A stretch of 64,000 nucleotides of DNA from Scyliorhinus canicula (lineage: Eukaryota), in the NCBI RefSeq assembly GCF_902713615.1, contig NC_052152.1:86937228-87001227 (forward strand), written 5' to 3'. Under the pieces are notes generated by a model. That model saw only the letters and a list, made by a program, of their open reading frames with translations, searched no databases and was not told the DNA's origin. Every line of letters starts with the position of its first letter. The first letter of the stretch is position 1. The position numbers were made by a program, and so were the translations under genes. This document shows, in pieces, positions 37,570-48,710 of the stretch.

Positions 37570-40500
37570 ATGGCTAGTCGACGGGGGAGGGGGGCAGGAC
37601 GCCCTCTGATCCGGTTGGTCACCTGGAATGCGAGAGGACTGAATGGGCCGGTGAAGCGGTCTAGGGTACTTGCTCATCTGAGGGGGCTAAAGGCAGATGT
37701 GGCAATGCTTCAGGAGACCCACCTGAAGGTGGCGGACCAGGTCCGTCTGAGGAAGGGGTGGGTGGGGCAGGTTTTGGTTTTCCACTCCGGGTTGGATGTG
37801 AAGAACCGGGGAGTGGTGATTCTGGTGGGAAAAAATGTGTCGTTTGAGGCATCTGAGGTGGTGGCGGATAAGGGGGGTAGGTTTGTTATGGTTAGGGGCA
37901 GGCTACAGGGACAGAAGGTGGTACTTGCTAGTGTGTATGCCCCTAATTGAGATGATGCGGGCTTTATGAGGCGTATGCTGGGACGTGTCCCGGATCTAGA
38001 GGCGGGAGGTCTGATTATGGGGGGGGAACTTCAATACGGTGTTGGATCCTTCACTGGATCGGTCCAGTTCAAGGACGGGTAGGAGGCCGCCGGCAGCCAA
38101 GGTACTGAGGGGGTTTATGGACCAGATGGGAGGGGTAGACCCATGGAGGTTTGTGAGGCCGAGGGCACGGGAGTACTCTTTCTTCTTCCATGTACATAGG
38201 GTTTATTCTCGGATAGACTTCTTCGTGGTGAGTAGGGGACTGATTCCGAGAGTGGAGGAGGCCGAGTATTCGGCCATTGCAATCTCCGACCACGCTCCGC
38301 ATTGGATGGAGTTGGAGATGGGGGAGGTGCGGGAGCAGCGGCTGTTGTGGCGGTTGGATGTGGGGTTGTTGGCGGAGGAGGAGGTGTGCAGGAGGGTCCG
38401 GGCAAGTATTGAGGGGTACCTCAAGGTGAATGATACGGGGGAGGTCCGGGTGGGGATGGTCTGGGAAGCCTTGAAGGCAGTGATTCGTGGGGAGCTGATA
38501 TCCATCCGGGCACACAGGGAGAGAAGCGAGAGGAGTGAGAGGGATAGACTGGTGGGGAAGATGCTGGAGGTACATAGGAGGTACGCGGAAGCACCAGAGG
38601 AGGGATTGTTGGGGGCGAGGCGCAGCTTACAGGCTAAATTTGATTTGCTGACCACTAGGAAGGCGGAGACACAGTGGAGGAAGGCACAAGGGGCAGTGTA
38701 TGAACAGGGTGAAAAGGCGAGTAGGATGCTGGCTCATCAACTCCGCAAGCGGGATGCGGCTAGGGAAATTGCTGGAGTGGGAGATAAGAGTGGGAATGTG
38801 GTGCGGAAGGGGTAGAGGTGAATGAGGTCTTCAAAGACTTTTACGGGGAACTGTACCGGCCGGAGCCAACGGTGGAGAGGAGGGGAATGGAGAGGTTCCT
38901 CGACGGGCTTTCTTTCCCGAAGGTGCAGGAGGAGCAGGTGGAGGGGTTGGGGGCGCCGATTGAGCTGGAGGAGCTGGTTAAGGGGATCGGGCAGATGCAG
39001 TCAGGGAAGGCGCCGGGGCCAGATGGGTTCCCGGTGGAGTTTTACAAAAAGTTTGTGGACCTAGTGGGCCCTTGCTGGTGCGGACACTTAATGAGGCGTG
39101 GGAAGGGGGGACTTTGCCCCCGACGATGTCGCGGGCGCTGATTTCTTTCAAGGACAAGGACCCCCAGCAGTGTGGTTCATACAGGCCCATATCTCTCCTT
39201 AATGTGGATGCCAAGGTGCTGACAAAGATCCTGGCCACCAGGATAGAGGACTGTGTGCCAGGGGTTGTACACGAGGACCAAAAAGGTTTTGTTAAGGGAA
39301 GGCAGCTGAACACGAATGTGCGGAGGTTGTTGAATGTCATCATGATGCCGGCGATTGAGGGGGAGGCTGAGATAGTGGTGGCGCTGGATGCGGAAAAGGC
39401 CTTCGATATAGTGGAGTGGAGGTACTTATGGGAGGTGTTGGGGAGGTTTGGATTTGGTGAAGGGTTTATTAGATGGGTGAGGCTGCTACATGAGGCCCCG
39501 ATGGCGTGTGTGGCCACGAGAGGGAGGAGGTCGGAGTACTTCCGGCTTTACCGAGGGATCAGGCAGGGTTGCCCCCTGTCCCCCTTGTTGTTTGCATTGG
39601 CAACCGAGCCATTGGCCATGGCGTTGAGGGTTTCAGGGAGGTGGAGGGGTTTGGTGCGGGGTGGAGAGGAACATAGGGTGTCGTTGTATGCCGATGACCT
39701 GTTACTGTATGTGGCGGACCCGGTGGGAGGGATGCCGGGGGTGATGGAGCTGCTAGCTGAGTTTGGGACCATTTCAGGCTATAAACTAAATCTAGGCAAG
39801 AGTGAGGTGTTTGTGGTGCACCCTGGGGACCAGGAGGAGGGAATTGGTAGGCTCCCGCTTAGGAGGGCAGGGGAGAGTTTTAGGTACCTGGGGGTGCAGG
39901 TGGCCAGGGACTGGGGGACTCTTCACAAGCATAATTTCACCAGGCTTGTGGATCAGATGGAGGAGGAGTTCAGGAGGTGGGACATGCTGCCATTGTCGTT
40001 GGCGGGGAGGGTGCAGTCCGTCAAAATGACGGTACTTCCGAGGTTTTTGTTCCTCTTTCAGTGCCTGCCCATCTTCATCCCCAGGGCCTTCTTTAGGAGG
40101 GTGACTAGCAGTATTTTGAGCTTATGGGACATGGGACTCCGAGAGTGAAGAGGTTTTCCTGGAGCGAGGGAGGGATAGAGGCGGGCTGGCGCTAACCCAA
40201 CCTTTTGGGGTACTATTGGGCAGCCAATGTGTCAATGGTGCGTAAATGGGTGATGGAGGGGGGGGGGCGTGGAAAAGAATGGAGATGGCGTCTTGTAGAG
40301 GTACGAGCCTGGGTGCCCTGGTAACGGCGCCGTCGCCGCTCTCTCCTAAGAGGTATACCACGAGCCTGGTGGTGACCCTAAGAATCTGGGGCAGTGGAGA
40401 CGGCATAGGGGGGAAACATGGGGCTCGATGGAGGCTCCATTAGGTGGAAATCATCGGTTCATCCCGGGGAACACTGATGGGGGATTTAGGGGGTGGCAAA

Positions 40501-41245
40501 GGGTGTATCAGTAAATTGAGGGACCTGTTTATTGGCGGGAGGTTTGCGGGCCTGGGGGAACTGGAAGATAAATTTGGGCTCCCCCAAGGGAACATGTTCA
40601 GATACTTGCAGGTAAAGGCGTTTGCTAGGCGACAGGTGAAGGAATTTCCTTTGCTGCCCTCGCGGGGGGCGATGGACAGAGTGCTTTCAGGGGTGTGGGT
40701 CGGAGAGGGGAAGGTGTCTGACATTTATAAGGTAATGCAGGAGGTGGAGGAGTCATCAGTGGAGGAGCTGAAGGCTAAATGGGAGGGGGAACTAGGGGAG
40801 CAGATAGAGGATGGGACTTGGGCGGATGCCTTGGAGAGAGTCAACTCTTCCTCTTCCTGTGTGAGGCTTAGTCTCATCCAATTTAAGGTGCTGCATCGGG
40901 CCCATATGTCTGTGACCCGGATGAGTAGGTTCTTTGGGGGTGAGGACAGGTGCACTAGGTGTTCGGGGAGTCCAGCGAATCATGCCCATATGTTCTGGGC
41001 ATGCCCGGCACTGGAAGAAATTCTGGAAGGGGGTGGCGGGGACGGTGTCGAGGGTGGTTGGATCCAGGATCAAACCAGGTTGGGGACTCGCGATTTTTGG
41101 AGTTGCGGCGGAGCCGGGAGTGCAGGAGGCGAAAGAGGCCGGTGTTCTGGCCTTTGCGTCCCTAGTAGCCCGGCGGAGGATCTTGATGCAGTGGAAAGAT
41201 GCGAGGCCCCCAAGTGTGGAGACCTGGATCAGTGACATGGCTGTT
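37570..41245 (+). pseudogene. L1-B ORF2 (EN-RT), disrupted, lacking the extreme C-terminus
   Basis: TWNARGLN…, YRPISLLNVDAK, RQGCPLSPLLF, YADD, CTRC…HMFWAC. Stop at 37948 and several frameshifts. Homology to L1-A breaks near 41242. Confidence 0.9.
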
Positions 41246-41902
41246 ATCATTATTGTTATTGTTGGTATTTTACTGTGGTTCGTTGTTGTTATATAAATAC
41301 AAAACTTTTCAATAAAAATTATTTTTTAAAAAAGCCTCAGTTTACTTCCTATCGTGTCGCGTGTGAATTGATGGTCACATCACTTGGCCAACCACGTGCC
41401 CGCAGTCCCCGCACGGCCCGTTCCCCACAGTGGCAGATCCTCATCGCGACCCCCCCTAGCACCATCAGTTGCCCTTCGGCCCTTCCAGCAGCAACCCGGT
41501 ACCCCCCTAACCCCTCCCCCCTAGCTAGGGCCCCCCCCCCCCCCAGCTGCGTTGCCCCTCTCATTGTACTTCCGTAAGTCAGCCGACTCCTGCTGACCCC
41601 GGCTGCTCCAGCCACCTCAACGCCCCCCCCCCCCCCCCCCCCCCCCGGTGTGACCCAACCACCATTCCCCCCGACCGGCAGTCCCCTCCCATTCCGACTC
41701 CAGCGCGGGAAAAAACCCGCGCCTCCAGCTTAAACCCCATCCCTCGACCCAAAACGCGGGAAGAGAAGGCTCGCGCCACAACGGGCCTACAAAACATCCC
41801 CCAAGCTTCCCACAAGAAAGAAAAGACAAAAACCAACAGAAAAGAGCAAGGGAGAACAGAGCCTCCGAACACTATACATCAGTCCCCAACCCCCCTCAAT
41901 CC

Positions 41903-42700
41903 TCAGTCCGAGTTCAGCTTCTCTGCCTGGACAATGGCCCAGGCCTCTTCCGGGGAGTCAAAATAGTACTGGCAGTCTTCATAAGTGACCCAAAGGCTCG
42001 CCGGCTGTGACAGGCCAAAATTCACCCCTCTCTTGTGCAGCACTGCCTTCGACCGGTTATAACCAGCCCTCTTTTTCGCCACCTCCGCACTCCAGTCCTG
42101 GTAAATTCGGATCTCCGCATTCTCCCACCTGCTGCTCCTCTCCTTCTTAGCCCACCTCAGCACACATTCTCGATCGACGAACCGGTGAAACCGGACCAGC
42201 ACCGCCCTTGGTGGCTCGTTCGGCTTGGGCCTTCTCACCAACACTCAATGGGCCTCCTCCAGCTCCAAGGGCCCTTGGAAGGACCCCGCTCCCATTAGCG
42301 AGTTCAGCATCATGACCACGTAGGCCCCCAAGTCCGATCCCTCCAGCCCCTCCAGGAGGCCCAGGATCCGCAAATTCTTCCGCCACGAGCGGTTCTCCAT
42401 TTCCTCCATCCTCGCCTGTCATTTCTTGTGGAACGCCTCGTGCGACTCCACCTTCACTGCCAGGCCTAGGATTTCGTCCTCATTCTCCGAGACCTTTTGC
42501 CGGACCTCGCGGATCTCTGCTCCCTGGGCCGTCTGAGTCGCTGTGAGCTTGTCAAGCGAGGCCTTTAGCGGTTCCAGCAGCTCAGCTTTCAGCTCCCTTA
42601 AGCAGCGATGGTGCAGCTCCTGTGCCCACTGCCGCCATGCTGCCGATTCCCCGCCCGCCGCCATCTTGGTCTTCCTCCCTCGCACCTTTCTTTGCTCCAA
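41903..42700 (-). pseudogene. L1-A ORF1 (coiled coil plus RRM/CTD, L1 ORF1p-like), disrupted
   Basis: Fragments 42419-42700 and 41903-42244 (PRAVLVRFHRF…IRIYQDWSAEVAKKR), homologous to 36059-36904. Confidence 0.85.
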
Positions 42701-43009
42701 AGCCGATTATTTGACCGCCCCCCTCCTGGTCCAGTCTATCCACCAGCAGAGAGGCGCAGCTGATGTCTTCCCACACCGGGAAAAGTACGACCAGCGCCGT
42801 TACGGGCCCTTAAAAGAGCCCAAAAGTCCAAAAAAAGCGGGAGCCTCCGAAAGTGCGGCTTAGCTCCGCATCACCGCAACCGGAAGTCCCCAGACTAAGA
42901 TAGTTAACAGAATAAATAAAAATAAACCTAAAACATTACTTTGAGTTAAACACAGTGTTAGATAAGGGATCTTAAATTCAAATTAATAAATGGTAAATTT
43001 AGGATGGAT

Positions 43010-43916
43010 TGTTGCTCGTTTTGGGTGAGTGTGCTTAACACTCACTTGGCTCTGTTTCTCGTTCTAAGCTCTGGAGTCGCCAGGTGCCGTAAAGACACCG
43101 TCACAAGTTTCAAGGTCAAGTTCAAAGCAATAAAGCTGTACACCAATTAGTAAGTCCAAAACAATTAGAGAGTTTATTATAACACAATTATAATAACACT
43201 CACGCACACGCTAAAGATTAAACTTACTTCTACCACTAAACAACTAATACTTAGCTAAGAAGGAACTGCGAGGTCAGGGAACAAGGTCTTTGTTCTGGTC
43301 TGGTCTGCAGGCTTCGGATCACTATCAGTCGGCAAGGGTGTAAGTAATGCCGGTTTCAGGTAGCGGTCGTCGTTAGGCACTTACTCATTGGCGGCTGCTG
43401 CTCAACGGCTGATGTAGAAGACAGGGGTCTGGAGGCTGGAGTCGGAGGCCGGAGACTGAACCATGTGTGGGACCTTTCTTTTATAGGTCCCAGGGGGTCC
43501 GCGCCCCTTTGGGCGGGCTCTCTCACCTGCTGGGGATCGATTGGGCCTTTTCCCAATCGATATGGTTTGAACCCCCCAATCCTAGGGCCGTTCCTTGATC
43601 GCTGGGGTGGTTCTTAGGACTTATTGTCCTGGGCTTCTCTGGCTCCACCGTGTCTGGTCTGCTATTGAATGTATCGATTGATACTTAATTTGTGTCCATT
43701 GTACCTGGGACTGGCCCGGTATCACCTCATTAATATGCTAACGGCTTTCCATTTATAACGCTGCCTGATCTCTGCAGCTGGCTGGAAACCGGTTTCTGCA
43801 AGTGTCTCAATGCATAATTGCTCTGCAAGCTGTTTGCTCTTTAACATGTCCGTTTTCCCTGCACTCTTTGCAGTCTTCCATTTTGTGTTCGTTAGTGGCC
43901 ATCTTAGATGGCTACA
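43010..43916 (-). mobile_element. Solo LTR (907 bp, ERV-like, 4-bp TSD)
   Basis: Same termini as 19647-20448, TSD ggat/ggat, minus-strand TATA near 43480. Confidence 0.88.
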
Positions 43917-44155
43917 GGATGTCAGGAAATTATTTACATGAAGTGTTCAAAATATGTAATAGATTTCATGGAAGAGTAGTGGAGACAAATGACCAGAATC
44001 TTGAGGAATAATTGGACGCTAAACTGGTCGCAACTTCAGGATCTTTCTTGGTGGATGAAATAAGATGGACTGAAAGACCTCCTTGTCAAATTACCTGATA
44101 ATTAAATATGTTGGGCCAACTTGAAGTTCTCTTTAATTTAAAAAAATGATACACC

Positions 44156-44458
44156 TGATGTGACCATCAATTCACAAGACACATGGTTGGAAGTGAACAA
44201 TGGTTTTAATAATCTCACAACGGAGCCTGCCTGCGACGAGATGAACTGGCAGGCAGGCTCAGACTGCCAAGCTTTATACAACCAGTTGGTGGGAGGAGCC
44301 ATGGGCGGAGCCAAGGGTGGAGCCCAGTACAAACTCCCATACACCAGTACATTTCCCCCTAGGGGCAGAGCCGCGCAACTGCTCGTGTGCCGAGCTTACA
44401 CAGACATAGTACATCATATGTAATAACAGTGTGAATTACGCTACTGTGATTCACCACA
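44156..44458 (-). mobile_element. Solo LTR of a sister subfamily of the Gypsy element (303 bp)
   Basis: Reverse complement starts tgtggtgaat and ends gtgaattgatggtcacatca, like 31378-31660. 5-bp TSD acacc/atacc. Confidence 0.88.
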
Positions 44459-44535
44459 ATACCTAGGAAGACCAAACTAAATTAAGATAAAATTAGTCCT
44501 AGTATACATTCAAATTGAACGTTTATATTTAACAG

Positions 44536-44760
44536 TGGGTGGCACAGTGGTTAGCACTGCTGCATCGCGGTGGCTAGGTCCCAGGTTCGATCCCGGCCCT
44601 GGGTCACTGTTCGTGTGGAGTTTGCACATTCTCCCCGTGTCTGCGTGACTCTCACCCCATAGCCCAAAAGATGTGCAGGGTGGGTGGATTGGCCATGTTA
44701 AATTGCCCCTTAATAGGGGGAAAAAAATAATTGGACACGCTAAATTTATTTTAACAAAAA
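44536..44760 (+). mobile_element. V-SINE short form
   Basis: Head, V-domain and T/A tail. Degenerate long TSD (tttatatttaacagtg / tgtatacttaacggtg). Confidence 0.82.
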
Positions 44761-46089
44761 TGTATACTTAACGGTGAACATTAGAAACGGTGAGGATTAG
44801 AATTGCATTCTAAGAAAAGCATCAAATGCCTCAGGAGAGGAGAGGTATTTTTTTTAAAGAAAGACATAACCGCTGGAATGTTTAGTAGTTCATCCTGTAA
44901 ACAAATGCTAAACAGGCTATCTTGAAATGTGCTAATATAATACTCCTGTTCATTTTTCATTATATTGCAATAATGTTAAGCTTTCTGCCTTTGGTTATAA
45001 TCCGAATTGCATTCCGGAAATGTTTTATAATCTTCAATTCTAAGATAGAGAGCATTGACTTTGAAAATTAACAATGACCTTTGCAACATTGCTAAATTTG
45101 AACGACATAATAGACTACACCATTTAAGATCACTTGTATTCCTCATCACCATATTCACCATCCTACCTCTCTGTGTCTTTCCCTGGAATAAACCTTCCCT
45201 CGAGCCTCTTACATGTACAAATTCACACTCCTAAACCTCAAACCTTTCACCCTTAATTTGTCACAGTAGTTCTGCAGCTGTTGATCTATTCAACCACTCA
45301 CTCCAGTTTTAATGCCCCTTTCAGTTAAAATCAGTTATTCTTCCCCATCCGGCCATTTCTTTGCTCCTTCAAGTCCAACGGACTTCAGCGTATCTGATTG
45401 CATCTTCATCCATTACCAGATCTGCCACCAACATTATTGGACCACATTCCCTGCCAAAACAAGTTATTATTTCAAGATCCTCTTGGGAAGAAAAGACCTT
45501 GGCTCCTTTGCTTTATGACAAACCACCTTCTTAAACCTTCAACAATCAGTGCAAAGAACTCTTGACTTCTTTGCTATGAAGACTGAGTGTACCTATTCAA
45601 TTTCAGCTCTCCCTTTCCCATCATGCCAAGCATTAAGTTTACCTGCAACCTGTCCCCTAAACCTGAGCTAATTGCTCTCCTACATTCCCACATGTCTTCA
45701 CATCACCTGACTCAGCCCATCTACTATTGAAACCATTGTCCACTTGTTTGCCATCTCCAGCGTCAATTGTTTAATGCTGTCCCCGTCTGCCTCACCTCAA
45801 CTCTCCAGAAATTTTAACTCATCTAATAACCTGCTGCCTATATCTTATCATGGACCGAGTTCGGCTCACTAATTTCATCTGAGCTGGCTGACCAACATGG
45901 TCTCTTAGTGCGCAAATTAAAATCCCTTCATGGCCCCACAATATATCTGCAAACCTCTTCACTCCTAACCTTTCAAGAACTCTGCGTTGTTTTAACTCTG
46001 TCCTCTTCTGTATCTTGAATTTTGATCACCCAAATATTAATGGCTATGACTTCAACAAATAAGCACTGGATTCTGGAATTCACAACAGC

Positions 46090-47230
46090 CCAAGAAATAG
46101 GAGTAGGCTTTAGACTCGGTTATTCAATCGATCATGGTTGATCTTGGGCTTCAAGTCCATTTTTGTGCCCATTCCCTATTTTCTTTGATTCCTCGAGATA
46201 CCAAAAACCCGTCCATCCCAGACTTAAATGTATTGAATGATGGAACATCCACAACCCTCTGGGGCAAAGAATTCCAAAGATTCACAACCCTTTGAGTGAA
46301 GTAATTTCTCCTCATCCAAGTCTTAAATGATTAGCCCCTTATCCGAAAAAGAGTGCCTCCATATTTTAGATTTCCCCGACCAGTGGAAACAATCTATCAG
46401 TGTCTACCCTATCAAACCCCTTCAGAACCTTCCATATTTCAATGAAATTGCCACTAATTCTAGATAAAATAGATGTGATTTTCTCAATCTCTCATCAGAG
46501 GTCAATATCCTCATCCCAAGGACTAATTTAGTGAATCTTCGCTGTACCATCTCCAATACTACCTTAAATGTGGAGGCCAAAGCAGCACATCGTTTTCTAT
46601 ACTTCTATATGTTTCTATACTTAAGGCGAAGGGGATCAAAGGATATGGGAGGAAGTGGGATTAGGCTATTGAGATGGATGACCAGCCATGATCATAATGA
46701 ATGTTGGAGCAGGCGCAAAGGGCTGAATGGCCTCCTCCTATTATTTGTTTCTATGGTACTCCAGATGTGGTTGTACCAAAACCCTGTCCACCATAGAAAG
46801 GCTTATTTATCGCTATACTCTAATCCCCTTGCAATGTGCCTTTTGCCAATTGCTTGCTGTATCTGCATGCTAACTTTGTGTTCCTTGTACAAGCACATCC
46901 AAGTCTCTTTGAATATCAAGTTACCAATTTCTCACTTTTCAAAAAAAAATCAGATTTTCTACTCTTTTGACCTAAGTGAAGATACTTTTCCGACATTATC
47001 TTTACTCTGACATCCTATTGCCCACTCACAAAACCTGTCATGATCTCTTTGTAGCCTCTCCATGTCCTCCCCACTTAAAAATGTCAAGTTATGCCCACTC
47101 TCTGCTTCCTGTCTGTAAGCAATCTGCTACCCACACTATTACCCCAAGTTCCATGCATCCTATCTTGCCTATTAACCTTTTTGTATGGCAATTTATCAAA
47201 TGCCTTTTGAAAATCCAGGAAGTAGAATTT
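46090..47230 (-). mobile_element. Composite of degenerate CR1 fragments
   Basis: CR1 3' UTR and RT-like text, with a short oppositely oriented tail near 46620-46755. Confidence 0.5.
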
Positions 47231-47499
47231 AAAAACCTATTAAAACTCTTCACCTTCCTCGAGAGCTCCTTTAAAACCACGCTCTGAGTGTGCAGGGAGG
47301 CACTCATCCTTAAATCTCCGACTATTAAGACTTTATGATGAATTTTGCCTGTTTGTTTGTTTCAACAAATTACGCTGGGATTTTTTCTACCTTAAAGTGC
47401 AAGCTGTGTATAATCTATGAATACGCATTCATTGCTAAATCAATAATTTGACTAAATGATAATGGGAACCTGCACGAAAACCCTGACGAAAATCTAAAT

Positions 47500-48070
47500 T
47501 CCTTGGAGTGGAGTGCCGCCTAGATTCCCCCAGAAATAGACATTGCACTTTGCCACTCCCCGCCTTCAAGTAAGTCCAACTCCATCATTGCGAGAGAAAA
47601 ATAAACGATTTGGTACTTTTTTTTTGGTGCGCCAGTACCGGGAAGGCTGTCGGGGCTGTTGTTTCTACCCGGTCGTTTCAAGAGGAGGGCACACGGGGAG
47701 TTCTGGCGCAGGCGCAGTGAGTGGGAATTGTGGAGTGTCGTGGCTGTTTGAAAGTAAACGGAAGTGCCGCGAGCCGGCGAAGTGGGCTCGTGATGGGTGG
47801 GAAAAACAAACAGCGAACCAAAGGCAATGTGCGGGTAAGGGACTGGATGTCACCCCTGGCTGGCGGGCGGGGGCAGCCAGCCAGGGGCATGTTGCTGCTC
47901 TGTACCGAACCCCCTCGGAAAGGAGCGCTGCTCTCCCTGGTATCACCCACAAGCAGGCCACTCGGTCCTCAGTACTCTCTGAGAGAGCCCCTTACCTCCA
48001 CCCGCCCAGCCTGTCCATCTTCTCCCCGTTCAAGGACCTATCCTGCCGCCCAGACGCGGTCCCTCCTGTG
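47500..48070 (+). promoter_or_regulatory. LTN1 CpG-island promoter
   Basis: CpG-rich stretch. NRF1-like gcgcaggcgca at 47706-47716, ZNF143/THAP11-like gggaattgtgg at 47723, and ETS cggaagtg at about 47759 just before the ATG. Confidence 0.75.
47793..47834 (+). CDS. LTN1: LTN1 (listerin E3 ligase) exon 1, MGGKNKQRTKGNVR
   Basis: Near-identical to the known listerin N-terminus. Donor gtaagg at 47835. Confidence 0.95.
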
Positions 48071-48077
48071 TTTTAAA

Positions 48078-48209
48078 CCAACGGGTTTGTTTCGAATCAC
48101 GAGCTTTCGGAGCGCAGCTCCTTCCTCAACTGAATGAGGAATTCACCCGAGGAAGGAGCTGCGCTCCGAAACCTAGTGATTCGAAACAAACCTGTTGGAC
48201 TTTAACCTT
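48078..48209. mobile_element. Penelope-like inverted-repeat remnant with hammerhead-like cores
   Basis: 50-bp arms (48078-48127 / 48149-48198) with 3 mismatches, and ccgagga-a-ggagc-tgc-gctcc-gaaa. Confidence 0.7.
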
Positions 48210-48324
48210 GTTGGGTTATGGGTATAGGGTGGATACGTGGGTTTGAGTAGGATGATCATGGCTCGGCACAACGTTGAGGGCCGAAGGGCCTGTTCTGTGC
48301 TGTACTGTTCTATGTCTATGTCTA

Positions 48325-48710
48325 ACTCTATTGCACTTTTAACGATCACGGGACGTTTACAAGTGTATAATGGCCAAATGGAGTTATTTTGAAGAGCAGT
48401 CACTGTTTTAATGTAGTAAACGACACCGTCCATCTGGGCACAGTGAGATCCCACAAACAACCATGTGATAATGACCAGATTATATGTCTCAATGTTGATT
48501 GGGGAAGGATAAATATTGGGCAGAATTCCACCAGCCCCCTCCCCCAGCCCCTTGTGTAGAGCACAGTGGAATTGTTTACGTCCACTCATGAGTTCAGACA
48601 GGGCCCCCTCGAGTTTTAATGTCTCATCTCGGTATGGCACCAAGTGTGTCGGCCTAGTCTTTGTGCTCAACACTTTGGAGCAGCTTCTAAATACTGCCAT
48701 CATCCACTTT
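48325..48710 (-). mobile_element. Old Deu-domain SINE with L2-type tail
   Basis: Reverse complement of the 62690-63090 family. Confidence 0.6.

Larger units (their letters stand above)
35908..41330 (+). mobile_element. Near-full-length L1-clade LINE 'B' inserted in the Gypsy 3' LTR
   Basis: 15-bp TSD aaagcc(a/t)cagtttac (35893-35907 / 41331-41345). The 5' end reads GACTTCCGGT and AATAAA is at 41311. Confidence 0.93.
31378..41382 (+). mobile_element. Full-length Ty3/Gypsy (Mag-like) LTR retrotransposon; 3' LTR split by L1-B
   Basis: 5' LTR 31378-31660 and 3' LTR 35662-35907 plus 41346-41382. TG…CA ends, 5-bp TSD ctcgg/cttgg, PPT-like acagggggtgaa before the 3' LTR, domain order PR-RT-RH-IN. 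Confidence 0.93.
27391..42890 (-). mobile_element. Full-length L1-clade LINE 'A' (own sequence 27391-31377 plus 41383-42890), interrupted by the Gypsy element
   Basis: Perfect 15-bp TSD cagactaagatagtt (27376-27390 / 42891-42905). The 5' end reads GGGACTTCCGGT and the 3' end has AATAAA plus a T/A tail. Confidence 0.93.

Noticed and set aside
47543-48076. 177-aa ORF over the LTN1 promoter
   Set aside because: Non-ATG start in a CpG island. The real exon is the 42-nt frame with a strong donor.
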